From: Escherichia coli
Lineage (GTDB): Bacteria > Pseudomonadota > Gammaproteobacteria > Enterobacterales > Enterobacteriaceae
Direction: 5' to 3' (one strand)
NCBI RefSeq assembly: GCF_024298765.1
Contig: NZ_CP101210.1
DNA: 64,000 nucleotides
Shown: one piece after another, positions 23,080-35,592 of the stretch
How positions within the stretch are numbered: position 1 is the stretch's first letter
How the letters are laid out: every line of letters begins with the position of its first letter
Translations under genes and position numbers: made by a program
Notes under the pieces: generated by a model
The model's input: the letters and a program-made list of their open reading frames with translations, nothing else
Databases searched by the model: none
What the model was told of the DNA's origin: nothing

Positions 23080-23796
23080 TTACGCATTACGTTGCAACAA
23101 CATCGACTTGATATGGCCGATGGCGCGCGTCGGGTTCAGCCCCTTCGGACATACACTGACGCAGTTCATGATGCTGTGACAGCGGAATACGCTGAATGCA
23201 TCGCTCAAACCGTCGAGGCGGCTGTCAGTCTCGGTATCACGGCTATCGATCAGGAAACGATATGCCGCTAACAAGCCTGCCGGGCCGATAAACTTATCGG
23301 GATTCCACCAGAAAGACGGACAAGAGGTTGAACAACATGCGCAGAGAATACATTCATACAGCCCGTCGAGTTTTTCGCGCTGCTCTGGCATCTGTAAATG
23401 CTCGCGAGCTGGCGGATTTTGTCCATTATTCAACAGGTAAGGCTTAATTTTCTCATATTGCGCATAGAATTGTCCCATGTCTACCACCAAATCGCGGATC
23501 ACCGGTAAACCTGGCAGCGGGCGAATCACAATCTTCTTGCCCGGCTGGTTGAGTGCCGAAATCGGGGTAATACAGGCCAGACCATTCTTGCCGTTCATGT
23601 TCAGACCGTCGGAACCGCACACACCTTCACGGCAGGAGCGACGGAACGACAGGCTGGGATCTTTCTCTTTCAGCTGGATAAGCGCATCCAGCAGCATCAT
23701 GTCACGACCTTCTTCCGCTTCCAGGGTGTAATCCTGCATACGCGGAGCATCATCAACATCCGGGTTATAGCGATAAATTGAAAACTCGAGTCTCAT
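23080..23796 (-). CDS. sdhB: Succinate dehydrogenase iron-sulfur subunit
   Basis: 238-aa ORF with three Cys clusters for 2Fe-2S, 4Fe-4S and 3Fe-4S centres. Confidence 0.96.
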   Translation of the reverse strand: MRLEFSIYRYNPDVDDAPRMQDYTLEAEEGRDMMLLDALIQLKEKDPSLSFRRSCREGVCGSDGLNMNGKNGLACITPISALNQPGKKIVIRPLPGLPVIRDLVVDMGQFYAQYEKIKPYLLNNGQNPPAREHLQMPEQREKLDGLYECILCACCSTSCPSFWWNPDKFIGPAGLLAAYRFLIDSRDTETDSRLDGLSDAFSVFRCHSIMNCVSVCPKGLNPTRAIGHIKSMLLQRNA

Positions 23797-23811
23797 TTTC
23801 CTGTCTCCGCA

Positions 23812-25578
23812 TTAGTAAGTACGAATCTTCGGCGGGAATGCCGGGCGCAGTTTCGGTTCCATGTTGACGCTTCGGCGCGTCATGGATTCCGACTCAGGCA
23901 GATACAGGGAGTGGCACAGCCAGTTTTCATCATCACGATCCGGGAAGTCGAAGCGGCTATGTGCGCCACGGCTTTCGGTACGGAAGTTGGCAGAAACAGC
24001 CGTTGCATACGCCGTTTCCATCAGGTTATCCAGTTCCAGGCACTCAACGCGCTGGGTGTTGAACTCGCTGGAAGTGTCATCCAGACGGGCATTTTTCAGA
24101 CGCTCGCGGATAACTTTCAACTGCTCAAGCCCTTTCGCCATCGCATCACCTTCACGGAAGACCGAGAAGTTATGCTGCATACATTCTTGCAGCGCTTTAC
24201 GAATCGCCACCGGATCTTCACCGTTACGATTATTGTTCCAGCGGTTCAGACGATCCAGAGATGCTTCAACATCAGACTCGCTGGCATCGCGCAATGCGCC
24301 CTGCTCGGCGATAGACTCTTGCAGATGCAAACCCGCTGCGCGACCAAAGACCACCAGGTCCAGCAGCGAGTTGCCGCCCAGACGGTTAGCGCCGTGTACC
24401 GATACACAAGCGATTTCACCAACGGCAAACAGCCCCGGAACAACCACATCTTCGCCTTTCTCGTTCACCGTCAGCGCCTGACCGGTCACTTTGGTCGGAA
24501 TACCGCCCATCATGTAGTGACAGGTTGGGATAACCGGAATCGGCTCTTTCACCGGATCAACGTGAGCGAAGGTACGGGAGAGTTCCAGAATACCCGGCAG
24601 ACGGGATTCGAGAACTTCTTTACCCAAGTGGTCAAGTTTCAGTTTCGCGTGTGGCCCCCACGGACCATCACAGCCGCGACCTTCACGGATTTCAATCATG
24701 ATGGAACGCGCCACCACGTCACGGCCCGCCAGGTCTTTGGCGTTCGGCGCATAACGCTCCATAAAGCGTTCGCCATGTTTGTTCAGCAGATAACCGCCTT
24801 CACCACGGCACCCTTCGGTGACCAGTACGCCCGCACCGGCAATACCGGTCGGGTGGAACTGCCACATTTCCATATCCTGCACTGGTACGCCTGCACGGAT
24901 AGCCATGCCGACGCCGTCGCCAGTGTTAATGTGGGCGTTGGTAGTGGACTGATAAATACGCCCTGCCCCGCCAGTCGCCAGCACGGTAGCGCGAGCTTTG
25001 AAGTAAACCACTTCACCAGTTTCGATGCACAGTGCGGTACAACCGACCACCGCGCCATCCTGGTTTTTCACCAGATCCAGCGCATACCACTCGGAGAAAA
25101 TGGTGGTGTGGTTTTTCAGGTTCTGCTGATAAAGGGTGTGCAACAGTGCGTGACCGGTACGGTCAGCTGCCGCCGCAGTACGTGCCGCCTGCTCGCCGCC
25201 GAAGTTTTTCGACTGACCGCCAAACGGACGTTGATAGATACGACCATCATCAAGACGCGAGAACGGCAGGCCCATATGTTCCAGTTCCAGAATCGCTTCC
25301 GGCCCGGTTTTACACATATATTCAATCGCGTCCTGGTCACCGATATAGTCCGAACCTTTTACGGTGTCGTACATATGCCATTCCCAGTTATCTTCATGGG
25401 TATTACCCAGCGCAACGGTAATGCCGCCTTGCGCAGAAACGGTATGGGAACGGGTCGGGAAGACTTTAGAGAGCAGCGCACAGGTCTGACCGCTCTGGGA
25501 AATTTGCAGCGCCGCGCGCATACCTGCGCCACCGGCACCAATCACAACTGCATCAAATTCTCTGACTGGCAATTTCAT
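23812..25578 (-). CDS. sdhA: Succinate dehydrogenase flavoprotein subunit
   Basis: 588 aa from [24 protein letters not shown] (FAD-binding GxGxxG); track ORF is 4 codons longer. Confidence 0.96.
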   Translation of the reverse strand: MKLPVREFDAVVIGAGGAGMRAALQISQSGQTCALLSKVFPTRSHTVSAQGGITVALGNTHEDNWEWHMYDTVKGSDYIGDQDAIEYMCKTGPEAILELEHMGLPFSRLDDGRIYQRPFGGQSKNFGGEQAARTAAAADRTGHALLHTLYQQNLKNHTTIFSEWYALDLVKNQDGAVVGCTALCIETGEVVYFKARATVLATGGAGRIYQSTTNAHINTGDGVGMAIRAGVPVQDMEMWQFHPTGIAGAGVLVTEGCRGEGGYLLNKHGERFMERYAPNAKDLAGRDVVARSIMIEIREGRGCDGPWGPHAKLKLDHLGKEVLESRLPGILELSRTFAHVDPVKEPIPVIPTCHYMMGGIPTKVTGQALTVNEKGEDVVVPGLFAVGEIACVSVHGANRLGGNSLLDLVVFGRAAGLHLQESIAEQGALRDASESDVEASLDRLNRWNNNRNGEDPVAIRKALQECMQHNFSVFREGDAMAKGLEQLKVIRERLKNARLDDTSSEFNTQRVECLELDNLMETAYATAVSANFRTESRGAHSRFDFPDRDDENWLCHSLYLPESESMTRRSVNMEPKLRPAFPPKIRTY

Positions 25579-25925
25579 CACACACCCCACACCACAACGA
25601 ATCCATAAATCACGTAAACCACCAGAGCAACGACAATCACCAGTTGCAGCATCAGGCGCAAGGCCAGCGGTTTAACGTAGTCGGTCAACACCTGCCACAT
25701 GCCGATCCAGGCATGGATCAAGATAGAAAACAGCGCCAGCAGGGTGAACACTTTGGTGAACGCAGAGGCGAAGAAACCGATCCAGACTTCATATGTCAGT
25801 TCGCCACTGGTGGCGAAAAAACCGACCATATAAATGATGTAGAGCGTCAGGACGATAGCGGTAGCGCGAACGAGGATGAAATCATGTACGCCATTGCGTC
25901 CTAATGCGGAGGCGTTGCTTACCAT
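25578..25925 (-). CDS. sdhD: Succinate dehydrogenase membrane anchor subunit
   Basis: 115-aa three-TM ORF. Confidence 0.95.
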
Positions 25926-26308
25926 ACGAGGACTCCTGCGAGAAGTGAAAGCACGACAGTAATAACAAAGGAGATTTTGGCGGAGCGTTTACCCGCTTCG
26001 AATGTTTCTTCCAGATAGCCAAAATCCATCATCATGTGGCGAATACCTACGACGACGTGATACGCCAGAGCGGTAAGGATGCCCCACATGATAAATTTGA
26101 CGAAGAAGCTGCCCATAATCGCGGAAGCTTGCTCGAAACCTTCAGGGGAAGAGAGGCTGGTACCCAGAAGCCACAGCAGGATGCCCACTGCAACAAAGGT
26201 GATCACACCGGAAACGCGATGGAGAATGGACGCTATCGCCGTGATGGGGAACCGGATGGTCTGTAGGTCCAGATTAACAGGTCTTTGTTTTTTCACATTT
26301 CTTATCAT
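25919..26308 (-). CDS. sdhC: Succinate dehydrogenase cytochrome b556 subunit
   Basis: 129 aa from [15 protein letters not shown]; track ORF is 5 codons longer. Confidence 0.95.
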
Positions 26309-27016
26309 GAATAACGCCCACATGCTGTTCTTATTATTCCCTGGGGACTACGGGCACAGAGGTTAACTTTCTGTTACCTGGAGACGTCGGGATTTCCTTC
26401 CTCCGGTCTGCTTGCGGGTCAGACAGCGTCCTTTCTATAACTGCGCGTCATGCAAAACACTGCTTCCAGATGCGAAAACGACACGTTACAACGCTGGGTG
26501 GCTCGGGATTGCAGGGTGTTCCGGAGACCTGGCGGCAGTATAGGCCGTTCACAAAATCATTACAATTAACCTACATATAGTTTGTCGGGTTTTATCCTGA
26601 ACAGTGATCTGCGTCACGATAACAACATTTATTTAATTTTTAATCATCTAATTTGACAATCATTCAACAAAGTTGTTACAAACATTACCAGGAAAAGCAT
26701 ATAATGCGTAAAAGTTATGAAGTCGGTATTTCACCTAAGATTAACTTATGTAACAGTGTGGAAGTATTGACCAATTCATTCGGGACAGTTATTAGTGGTA
26801 GACAAGTTTAATAATTCGGATTGCTAAGTACTTGATTCGCCATTTATTCGTCATCAATGGATCCTTTACCTGCAAGCGCCCAGAGCTCTGTACCCAGGTT
26901 TTCCCCTCTTTCACAGAGCGGCGAGCCAAATAACAAACGGGTAAAGCCAGGTTGATGTGCGAAGGCAAATTTAAGTTCCGGCAGTCTTACGCAATAAGGC
27001 GCTAAGGAGACCTTAA
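26309..27016. promoter_or_regulatory. Divergent sdhC / gltA promoter-regulatory region
   Basis: 708-bp non-coding region between divergently transcribed sdhC and gltA; sites not individually resolved. Confidence 0.6.
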
Positions 27017-28300
27017 ATGGCTGATACAAAAGCAAAACTCACCCTCAACGGGGATACAGCTGTTGAACTGGATGTGCTGAAAGGCACGCTGGGTCAAGAT
27101 GTTATTGATATCCGTACTCTCGGTTCAAAAGGTGTATTCACCTTTGACCCAGGCTTCACTTCAACCGCATCCTGCGAATCTAAAATTACTTTTATTGATG
27201 GTGATGAAGGTATTTTGCTGCACCGCGGTTTCCCGATCGATCAGCTGGCGACCGATTCTAACTACCTGGAAGTTTGTTACATCCTGCTGAATGGTGAAAA
27301 ACCGACTCAGGAACAGTATGACGAATTTAAAACTACGGTGACCCGTCATACCATGATCCACGAGCAGATTACCCGTCTGTTCCATGCTTTCCGTCGCGAC
27401 TCGCATCCAATGGCAGTCATGTGTGGTATTACCGGCGCGCTGGCGGCGTTCTACCACGACTCGCTGGATGTTAACAATCCTCGTCATCGTGAAATTGCCG
27501 CGTTCCGCCTGCTGTCAAAAATGCCGACCATGGCCGCGATGTGTTACAAGTATTCCATTGGTCAGCCATTTGTTTACCCGCGCAATGATCTCTCCTACGC
27601 TGGTAACTTCCTGAATATGATGTTCTCCACGCCGTGCGAACCGTATGAAGTTAATCCGATTCTGGAACGTGCTATGGACCGTATTCTGATCCTGCACGCT
27701 GACCATGAACAGAACGCCTCCACCTCCACCGTGCGTACCGCTGGCTCTTCGGGTGCGAACCCGTTTGCCTGTATCGCTGCAGGTATTGCTTCACTGTGGG
27801 GACCTGCGCACGGTGGTGCTAACGAAGCGGCGCTGAAAATGCTGGAAGAAATCAGCTCCGTTAAACACATTCCGGAATTTGTTCGTCGTGCGAAAGACAA
27901 AAATGATTCTTTCCGCCTGATGGGCTTCGGTCACCGCGTGTACAAAAATTACGACCCGCGCGCCACCGTAATGCGTGAAACCTGCCATGAAGTTCTGAAA
28001 GAGCTGGGTACCAAAGATGACCTGCTGGAAGTGGCTATGGAGCTGGAAAACATCGCGCTGAACGACCCGTACTTTATCGAGAAAAAACTGTACCCGAACG
28101 TCGATTTCTACTCTGGTATCATCCTGAAAGCGATGGGTATTCCGTCTTCCATGTTCACCGTCATTTTCGCAATGGCACGTACCGTTGGCTGGATCGCCCA
28201 CTGGAGCGAAATGCACAGTGACGGTATGAAGATTGCCCGTCCGCGTCAACTGTATACAGGATATGAAAAACGCGACTTTAAAAGCGATATCAAGCGTTAA
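27017..28300 (+). CDS. gltA: Citrate synthase (type II)
   Basis: 427-aa ORF matching the GltA family. Confidence 0.96.
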   Translation: MADTKAKLTLNGDTAVELDVLKGTLGQDVIDIRTLGSKGVFTFDPGFTSTASCESKITFIDGDEGILLHRGFPIDQLATDSNYLEVCYILLNGEKPTQEQYDEFKTTVTRHTMIHEQITRLFHAFRRDSHPMAVMCGITGALAAFYHDSLDVNNPRHREIAAFRLLSKMPTMAAMCYKYSIGQPFVYPRNDLSYAGNFLNMMFSTPCEPYEVNPILERAMDRILILHADHEQNASTSTVRTAGSSGANPFACIAAGIASLWGPAHGGANEAALKMLEEISSVKHIPEFVRRAKDKNDSFRLMGFGHRVYKNYDPRATVMRETCHEVLKELGTKDDLLEVAMELENIALNDPYFIEKKLYPNVDFYSGIILKAMGIPSSMFTVIFAMARTVGWIAHWSEMHSDGMKIARPRQLYTGYEKRDFKSDIKR

Positions 28301-28330
28301 TGATTGATTGCTAAGCCGTTTACTTTCCGG

Positions 28331-28360
28331 ACCCGCCTTTAATAGAGCGGGTTCTTTTTT
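28331..28360 (+). terminator. Rho-independent terminator after gltA
   Basis: Stem acccgc/gcgggt followed by tctttttt. Confidence 0.6.
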
Positions 28361-28689
28361 ATATGGCTGAACATAATAAATTGTAAAAATTAAACCAGAT
28401 GCAAATACCCATTAATAAGGTGAAAAAATGTGACAAGTCACATACTGAGCAGAATGATAAGTTTATTTTTTTACTTTCCTGCCGGTAGCATTGTTAACCC
28501 AATGAAAATTATGCATATCCATCCCACCCCATCTTTCATCTCATTAAACAATAAATTTATGCACTCAATTATTCCATTCTTTATATAACAAGCTTTTTAA
28601 TATTGTTAAATAAAACCAAATACATTCAACTGTCAGTTAATATATTCTTGCCTCGCAACACTCTATCTCATTATTTAAAGGACTCAGCT

Positions 28690-29256
28690 ATGTTTAAAGG
28701 ACAAAAAACATTTGCCGCACTGGCCGTATCTCTGCTGTTCACTGCACCTGTTTATGCGGCTGATGAAGGATCCGGTGAAATTCACTTTAAAGGTGAAGTT
28801 ATTGAAGCACCGTGTGAAATACATCAGGATGATATTGATAAAGAAGTTGAACTCGGTCAGGTGACCACCAGCCACATTAATCAGTCGCATCACAGCGATG
28901 CCGTTGCTGTCGACCTGCGCTTAGTCAACTGCGATCTGGAAAACTCCAACAACGGTTCCGGCGGCAAGATTTCTAAAGTTGCAGTCACCTTTGACAGCTC
29001 AGCGAAAACCACCGGCGCAGATCCGATTCTCAACAACACCAGCACGGGTGAAGCGACCGGTGTCGGCGTGCGTTTAATGAATAAAGATCAAAGCAATATC
29101 GTTTTAGGCACCGCTACTCCAGATATCGACCTGGCACCAACCTCCAGCGAACAAACGTTAAATTTCTTTGCGTGGATGGAACAAATTGATCAGGCTACGC
29201 CCGTAACACCAGGCGCAGTTACGGCGAATGCGACCTACGTACTGGATTATAAATAA
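28690..29256 (+). CDS. ybgD: Fimbrial major subunit (type 1 pilin family), YbgD-like
   Basis: 188 aa from MFKGQKTFAALAVSLLFTAPVYA with signal peptide and RBS aagga; pilin C-terminal beta-strand; first gene of a chaperone-usher operon. Confidence 0.85.
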   Translation: MFKGQKTFAALAVSLLFTAPVYAADEGSGEIHFKGEVIEAPCEIHQDDIDKEVELGQVTTSHINQSHHSDAVAVDLRLVNCDLENSNNGSGGKISKVAVTFDSSAKTTGADPILNNTSTGEATGVGVRLMNKDQSNIVLGTATPDIDLAPTSSEQTLNFFAWMEQIDQATPVTPGAVTANATYVLDYK

Positions 29257-29306
29257 GTATCACTTTGGCGGCGTCATCGCCGCCTTTCTTCAAATATTTA
29301 TCAGGT

Positions 29307-31766
29307 ATGGACACCGTGAATATTTATCGACTCTCTTTTATATCCTGCCTGGTCATGGCGATACCTTCCGCATTGGCGGTCGAATTCAACCTGAATGTCC
29401 TCGATAAATCGATGCGAGATCGCATTGATATTTCATTATTAAAGGAAAAAGGGGGCATTGCTCCCGGTGAATATTTTGTTAGCGTTACAGTAAATAACAA
29501 CCAAATCAGTAACGGACAAAAAATTGACTGGAAAAAGAACGGTGACCAAACCATTCCGTGTATTAATGATTTACTGGTAGATAAATTTGGTTTAAAACCT
29601 GAAGTTCGTCAGTCGTTACCACGGTTAAACCAGTGCGTCGATTTTAGCTCCCGGCCTGAAATTCTCTTCATTTTTGATCAGGCTAGCCAGCAACTGAATA
29701 TCACTATTCCACAAGCCTGGCTGGCGTGGCACTCAGATAACTGGACTCCCCCCTCAACATGGAAAGAAGGTGTCGCCGGCGTCCTGATGGACTACAACCT
29801 GTTTGCAAGCAGCTACCGCCCACAGGATGGTAGCAACAGCACTAACCTGAACGCCTATGGAACAGCCGGAATTAACGCGGGAGCATGGCGTTTACGCAGT
29901 GATTACCAATTGAATCAGACCGATAGCGATGATAACCATGAACAGTCAGGCGAAATATCACGCACCTATCTTTTTCGTCCATTACCGCAATTAGGTTCAA
30001 AATTAACCCTTGGTGAAACGGATTTCAGTTCCAATATTTTCGACGGCTTTTCTTATACCGGCGCGGCACTGGCAAGTGACGATCGGATGTTACCGTGGGA
30101 GCTACGCGGCTACGCCCCACAAATCAGCGGCATTGCACAAACCAACGCCACCGTCACCGTGAGTCACTCAGGGCGAGTTATTTACCAGAAGAAAGTCCCA
30201 CCAGGTCCGTTTATCATTGATGACCTTAATCAGTCCGTCCAGGGTACGTTAGATGTCAAAGTGACGGAAGAAGATGGTCGGGCGAACAATTTCCAGGTTT
30301 CGGCAGCATCGACGCCTTTCCTTACGCGCCAGGGGCAGGTTCGCTATAAACTTGCTGCCGGTCAGCCGCGAACATCTATGTCTCATCAAACTGAAAATGA
30401 AACCTTTTTTAGCAATGAAGTTTCCTGGGGGATGCTGTCAAATACCTCACTGTACGGCGGCCTGCTGATTTCGGGTGACGACTACCATTCTGCCGCAATG
30501 GGTATCGGGCAAAATATGCTGTGGCTTGGTGCATTGTCGTTTGATGTCACGTGGGCCAGTAGTCAGTTTGATACTCAGCAGGACGAGCGGGGCTTAAGTT
30601 ACCGCTTTAATTACAGCAAACAAGTGGATGCCACCGACAGCACGATTTCGCTCGCCGCTTATCGTTTCTCCGATCGTCATTTTCACAGCTACGCCAACTA
30701 TCTGGATCACAAATACAACAACAGCGATGCGCAGGACGAAAAACAGACGATCAGCTTATCCGTGGGCCAACCGATTACCCCACTGAACCTCAATCTGTAC
30801 GCCAACCTGCTGCATCAAACCTGGTGGAATGCAGACGCCTCCACGACCGCCAACATCACGGCGGGTTTTAATGTTGATATTGGTAACTGGAGAGATATCT
30901 CGATCTCGACGTCATTCAATACAACCCATTACGAAGATAAAGATCGCGACAATCAGATTTACCTGTCGATTTCGCTCCCCTTCGGTAACGGGGGGCGGGT
31001 CGGTTATGACATGCAAAACAGTAGTCACAGCACCACACACCGCATGTCGTGGAATGATACGTTAGATGAACGTAATAGCTGGGGCATGTCTACCGGACTG
31101 CAATCCGACCGTCCGGATAATGGAGTCCAGGTGAGCGGTAACTATCAGCACCTGAGTTCAGCGGGTGAGTGGGATATTTCTGGTACCTATGCCGCCAATG
31201 ATTACAGTTCCGTCAGCAGCAGCTGGAGCGGTTCTTTCACGGCAACTCAATATGGTGCGGCGTTCCATCGTCGCAGCTCCACCAATGAACCACGTCTGAT
31301 GGTCAGTACCGATGGCGTGGCAGATATTCCGGTTCAGGGCAATCTCGACTACACCAACCATTTTGGCATTGCGGTGGTGCCGTTGATTTCCAGTTATCAG
31401 CCTTCCACCGTGGCGGTGAACATGAATGATTTACCCGACGGCGTAACAGTGGCAGAAAACGTTATCAAAGAAACGTGGATTGAAGGCGCGATAGGTTACA
31501 AATCGCTGGCTTCCCGTTCCGGTAAAGACGTTAACGTCATCATTCGCAACGCCAGCGGTCAGTTCCCTCCCCTCGGTGCGGATATCCGCCAGGATAACAG
31601 CGGCATTAGCGTGGGGATGGTTGGCGAGGAAGGACATGCCTGGTTAAGCGGAGTCGCTGAAAATCAAATGCTTACCGTGGTCTGGGGTGATAGTCAGCAT
31701 TGCTCGCTCCATCTTCCTGAACATATGGAAGACACCGCAAATCGACTGATTTTACCTTGTCATTAA
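29307..31766 (+). CDS. ybgQ: Fimbrial outer-membrane usher, YbgQ-like
   Basis: About 820 aa; usher family; start set at the ATG giving signal peptide MDTVNIYRLSFISCLVMAIPSALA (track ORF starts at an upstream TTG at 29265). Confidence 0.85.
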   Translation: MDTVNIYRLSFISCLVMAIPSALAVEFNLNVLDKSMRDRIDISLLKEKGGIAPGEYFVSVTVNNNQISNGQKIDWKKNGDQTIPCINDLLVDKFGLKPEVRQSLPRLNQCVDFSSRPEILFIFDQASQQLNITIPQAWLAWHSDNWTPPSTWKEGVAGVLMDYNLFASSYRPQDGSNSTNLNAYGTAGINAGAWRLRSDYQLNQTDSDDNHEQSGEISRTYLFRPLPQLGSKLTLGETDFSSNIFDGFSYTGAALASDDRMLPWELRGYAPQISGIAQTNATVTVSHSGRVIYQKKVPPGPFIIDDLNQSVQGTLDVKVTEEDGRANNFQVSAASTPFLTRQGQVRYKLAAGQPRTSMSHQTENETFFSNEVSWGMLSNTSLYGGLLISGDDYHSAAMGIGQNMLWLGALSFDVTWASSQFDTQQDERGLSYRFNYSKQVDATDSTISLAAYRFSDRHFHSYANYLDHKYNNSDAQDEKQTISLSVGQPITPLNLNLYANLLHQTWWNADASTTANITAGFNVDIGNWRDISISTSFNTTHYEDKDRDNQIYLSISLPFGNGGRVGYDMQNSSHSTTHRMSWNDTLDERNSWGMSTGLQSDRPDNGVQVSGNYQHLSSAGEWDISGTYAANDYSSVSSSWSGSFTATQYGAAFHRRSSTNEPRLMVSTDGVADIPVQGNLDYTNHFGIAVVPLISSYQPSTVAVNMNDLPDGVTVAENVIKETWIEGAIGYKSLASRSGKDVNVIIRNASGQFPPLGADIRQDNSGISVGMVGEEGHAWLSGVAENQMLTVVWGDSQHCSLHLPEHMEDTANRLILPCH

Positions 31767-31780
31767 TTAAGGAAATGAAA

Positions 31781-32512
31781 ATGACATTTATGAAAGGACT
31801 ACCCCTTTTGTTGTTGGTTGCCAGTCTGTGCAGCCACGCTGCACTACAACCCGATCGCACTCGTATTGTGTTTAACGCTAATGATAAAGCTACCAGTCTG
31901 CGCGTGGATAATCGTAGCGATAAACTCCCCTACCTCGCTTATTCCTGGCTCGAAAATGAAAAAGGGGAGAAAAGCGATGATCTTCTGGTTGCCCTGCCAC
32001 CGATACAACGTCTGGAACCGAAAGCAACAACGCAGGTACGGATAGTAAAGCAAGCCTCGACCACAAAATTACCGGGCGATCGCGAAACGCTATTTTTCTA
32101 CAATATGCGTGAAATTCCTCCCTCCCCAGAAAAAAACAGCGGCCATGCCGTTCTGCAAGTCGCCATTCAGAGTCGTATCAAGGTATTCTGGCGACCGGCT
32201 GCATTACGCAAGAAAGCAGGAGAAAAGGTCGAGCTACAGTTACAAGTCAGCCAGCAGGGCAACCAACTGACACTGAAAAATCCTACCGCGTATTATCTGA
32301 CCATTGCCTATCTGGGGAGAAATGAAAAAGGCGTTCTTCCCGGCTTCAAAACCGTGATGGTTGCGCCTTTTAGTACAGTAATTACAAACACCGGAAGTTA
32401 TAGCGGCAGTCAGTTTTATCTCGGTTATATGGATGATTACGGCGCGTTACGCATGACGACGCTCAACTGCAGCGGACAATGCCGTTTACAAGCAGTGGAG
32501 GCGAAGAAATGA
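31781..32512 (+). CDS. ybgP: Fimbrial periplasmic chaperone (PapD family), YbgP-like
   Basis: 243 aa from [20 protein letters not shown] with RBS aggaa; PapD-like. Confidence 0.85.
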   Translation: MTFMKGLPLLLLVASLCSHAALQPDRTRIVFNANDKATSLRVDNRSDKLPYLAYSWLENEKGEKSDDLLVALPPIQRLEPKATTQVRIVKQASTTKLPGDRETLFFYNMREIPPSPEKNSGHAVLQVAIQSRIKVFWRPAALRKKAGEKVELQLQVSQQGNQLTLKNPTAYYLTIAYLGRNEKGVLPGFKTVMVAPFSTVITNTGSYSGSQFYLGYMDDYGALRMTTLNCSGQCRLQAVEAKK

Positions 32513-33570
32513 GTGCTGGCAAGGGAGTGTTGCTCGTCATCTGTCTGGTATTTCTGCCATTGAAGTCTGCGCTAGCGCTGAACTGCTATTTTGGTACTTC
32601 CGGCGGAACGGTAGAAAAATCGGAAGCGATTCAACCCTTTGCTGTGCCAGGTAATGCCAAACCCGGCGATAAGATCTGGGAATCTGACGATATTAAAATT
32701 CCCGTCTATTGTGACAACAATACCAACGGCAACTTTGAAAGCGAACATGTCTACGCATGGGTAAACCCCTACCCCGGGGTACAGGATCGTTATTATCAAC
32801 TCGGCGTGACATACAATGGTGTCGATTACGATGCCAGTCTGGGGAAAAGCCGCATCGACACCAACCAGTGTATCGACAGTAAGAACATTAACATTTATAC
32901 CCCTGAGCAGATTATCGCGATGGGCTGGCAGAACAAAATATGCTCGGGTGACCCCGCTAATATTCACATGTCGCGAACCTTTCTCGCTCGTATGCGGTTA
33001 TACGTTAAGATTCGCGAAATGCCGCCGCATGATTATCAAAGTACGCTTAGCGACTATATCGTCGTGCAATTTGACGGTGCCGGTAGCGTTAACGAAGACC
33101 CTACTGCCCAAAACCTGAAATATCATATTACTGGTCTGGAAAACATTCGCGTGCTGGATTGCAGCGTCAATTTTTCCATTTCACCGGAAACACAGGTGAT
33201 TGATTTTGGTAAATTTAATTTGCTGGATATTCGCCGCCACACAATGTCGAAAACATTCAGTATTAAGACGACAAAATCACAAAATGACCAGTGCACCGAC
33301 GGATTTAAGGTCAGCTCTTCGTTTTATACCGAAGAAACATTGATTGAAGAGGATAAAGCACTGCTGATTGGTAATGGACTGAAGCTACGTTTGCTGGATG
33401 AAAATTCTTCACCCTATACTTTCAACAAATACAGCGAATATGCTGATTTCACCAGCGATATGCTGATCTACGAAAAAACCTATACGGCTGAACTTTCGTC
33501 CATTCCCGGCACCCCCATCGAAGCGGGTCCCTTCGATACAGTGGTGCTTTTTAAGATTAACTATAACTAA
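32509..33570 (+). CDS. ybgO: Fimbrial adhesin-like tip subunit, YbgO-like
   Basis: 353 aa from [23 protein letters not shown] with RBS ggagg; two-domain adhesin-like size; overlaps the chaperone stop. Confidence 0.8.
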   Translation: MSAGKGVLLVICLVFLPLKSALALNCYFGTSGGTVEKSEAIQPFAVPGNAKPGDKIWESDDIKIPVYCDNNTNGNFESEHVYAWVNPYPGVQDRYYQLGVTYNGVDYDASLGKSRIDTNQCIDSKNINIYTPEQIIAMGWQNKICSGDPANIHMSRTFLARMRLYVKIREMPPHDYQSTLSDYIVVQFDGAGSVNEDPTAQNLKYHITGLENIRVLDCSVNFSISPETQVIDFGKFNLLDIRRHTMSKTFSIKTTKSQNDQCTDGFKVSSSFYTEETLIEEDKALLIGNGLKLRLLDENSSPYTFNKYSEYADFTSDMLIYEKTYTAELSSIPGTPIEAGPFDTVVLFKINYN

Positions 33571-33722
33571 TTTATCATGATGCCCTTTGCAGTCAGTAAA
33601 GGGCCTCTCTTTCAGAAAATTGCTGATTTTCCCCTTTTCCTTGATTGCTGTTATTTTTTCCTGGCCCGGCTTTCTTTATGCTGTATCGATACACCAAAGA
33701 GAAAATAATGAGGGAGCGAAGG

Positions 33723-34769
33723 ATGCCAGTTTTGCAGTGGGGAATGTTATGTGTGCTCTCACTTCTACTTTCTATTGGCTTCCTCGGATTACATCTCCCG
33801 GCGGCGCTATTACTTGGGCCGATGCTCGCCGGGATCATCTTCAGTATGCGCGGGGTTACCCTGCAACTCCCCCGCTCCGCTTTTCTCGCCGCGCAGGCCA
33901 TTCTTGGCTGCATGATTGCGCAAAACCTGACCGGTTCGATCCTGACCACGCTAGCGGTGAACTGGCCGATTGTGTTAGCTATTTTACTGGTGACGTTACT
34001 TTCCAGCGCCATCGTGGGTTGGTTATTGGTGCGCTATAGCTCGCTGCCAGGAAATACCGGGGCCTGGGGTTCTTCTCCTGGCGGCGCGGCGGCAATGGTC
34101 GCAATGGCGCAAGATTACGGCGCAGATATTCGCCTGGTGGCGTTTATGCAATATCTGCGAGTGCTGTTCGTCGCAGGAGCCGCTGTTCTGGTCACCCGCA
34201 TGATGCTGGGCGATAACGCTGAAGCGGTTAACCAGCAGATCGTCTGGTTCCCGCCAGTGAGCATTAATCTCCTGCTTACGATTTTGCTCGCGGTCGTTGC
34301 CGGTACGGCGGGATGCTTGCTACGTCTTCCTTCCGGCACGATGCTCATCCCGATGCTGGCGGGCGCAGTGCTCCAGTCTGGTCAGCTCATCACGATTGAA
34401 CTCCCGGAATGGCTGCTGGCGATGGCATATATGGCAATTGGCTGGCGGATTGGTCTTGGTTTCGATAAGCAAATATTACTGCGGGCATTGCGCCCACTGC
34501 CACAAATCCTGCTGTCGATTTTTGCTCTGCTGGCTATTTGTGCGGGTATGGCGTGGGGGCTGACCCGGTTTATGCATATTGATTTTATGACCGCCTACCT
34601 CGCCACCAGCCCCGGCGGGCTTGATACCGTGGCGGTCATCGCCGCAGGGAGCAATGCCGATATGGCGCTCATCATGGCGATGCAAACCCTGCGCCTGTTC
34701 AGTATTTTGCTGACGGGACCTGCCATTGCGCGGTTTATTTCAACCTATGCGCCGAAGCGTTCTGCCTAA
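33723..34769 (+). CDS. abrB: Inner-membrane protein AbrB (putative regulator/transporter, AbrB duplication family)
   Basis: 348 aa from [16 protein letters not shown]; polytopic membrane protein; conserved position next to nei. Confidence 0.85.
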   Translation: MPVLQWGMLCVLSLLLSIGFLGLHLPAALLLGPMLAGIIFSMRGVTLQLPRSAFLAAQAILGCMIAQNLTGSILTTLAVNWPIVLAILLVTLLSSAIVGWLLVRYSSLPGNTGAWGSSPGGAAAMVAMAQDYGADIRLVAFMQYLRVLFVAGAAVLVTRMMLGDNAEAVNQQIVWFPPVSINLLLTILLAVVAGTAGCLLRLPSGTMLIPMLAGAVLQSGQLITIELPEWLLAMAYMAIGWRIGLGFDKQILLRALRPLPQILLSIFALLAICAGMAWGLTRFMHIDFMTAYLATSPGGLDTVAVIAAGSNADMALIMAMQTLRLFSILLTGPAIARFISTYAPKRSA

Positions 34770-35557
34770 TGCTGGCAGCCAGGGCACCAGTAAAACGGGC
34801 GAGATGACAGCGTGGTTTTCTCAATGATGCCGCCACAGCGTTCGCACAGTTCGCCATCACGATGAAAAACCTTAAAGCGAAACAGCGCCCCATGATGCTT
34901 ATTCTCATCCACCTGCCCCCGCGTAGCGTAGGAAAATCGAGGAATATCCAGTAACGCGTGTGCGAGTGCATCCAGTTGCGCCGCATTGAGATCTTTCGCT
35001 TTATGATTTCCAGTCAACCCAACCTGCCAGAGGATCTCCACCCGCAAATAATTGCCAAGCCCAGCCAGAAACGCCTGATCGAGCAGTAATCCAGCAAACT
35101 GACGGTTACGAAAGCGCGGCGACAATAACCGTTCCTTTACCACCTCCGGCGTCAGATTCGGATCCAGCACATCGGGGCCGACTCGTTGTAAAAACGGATG
35201 CGTGATCAGTTGTTCCGGCGTCAACATCTCAATATCCGAGGCGCTATAAAGCAGAATAGTTTTGTCAACCGTTTGCAGTTTTACCCGCAATACTCGCATA
35301 GTCTGCGGCTCTTCGCCGGTATCAACCACGCGCCAGACGCCGTAAAGCTGATTATGGCTGTAGAGCGTTAAGTCGTTGGAAAAATGAGTTAACAACGCCT
35401 TACCACGCGTTTCCACATGGGTAACGTGTTGACCGATAAGTTGTGATTGATAAGGTTTTAACTGCGGGAAGGCAAACCAGACATCAGTTAGTGGTTTGCC
35501 TTTGATCGCCGCCTCCAGGTTATCCGCTGCACGGCGGATCTCCGGGCCTTCAGGCAT
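34766..35557 (-). CDS. nei: Endonuclease VIII (DNA glycosylase/AP lyase)
   Basis: 263-aa ORF starting MPEGPEIRR (Fpg/Nei catalytic N-terminal Pro) with C-terminal zinc finger CxxC...CxxC. Confidence 0.95.
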   Translation of the reverse strand: MPEGPEIRRAADNLEAAIKGKPLTDVWFAFPQLKPYQSQLIGQHVTHVETRGKALLTHFSNDLTLYSHNQLYGVWRVVDTGEEPQTMRVLRVKLQTVDKTILLYSASDIEMLTPEQLITHPFLQRVGPDVLDPNLTPEVVKERLLSPRFRNRQFAGLLLDQAFLAGLGNYLRVEILWQVGLTGNHKAKDLNAAQLDALAHALLDIPRFSYATRGQVDENKHHGALFRFKVFHRDGELCERCGGIIEKTTLSSRPFYWCPGCQH

Positions 35558-35592
35558 GGTGATATCCTTTTTTCATTCTTTATTAAACGGGG

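Noticed and set aside
20782-25608. Large + strand ORFs (411 aa at 20782-22017; 565 aa at 23911-25608)
   Set aside because: Antisense to sucA and sdhA, both highly conserved genes with unambiguous reading frames; shadow ORFs.
29265-29306. Upstream TTG start extending the usher by 14 codons
   Set aside because: The extension (MAASSPPFFKYLSG) precedes rather than forms the signal peptide; the ATG at 29307 gives a proper signal sequence, so the shorter ORF was preferred.
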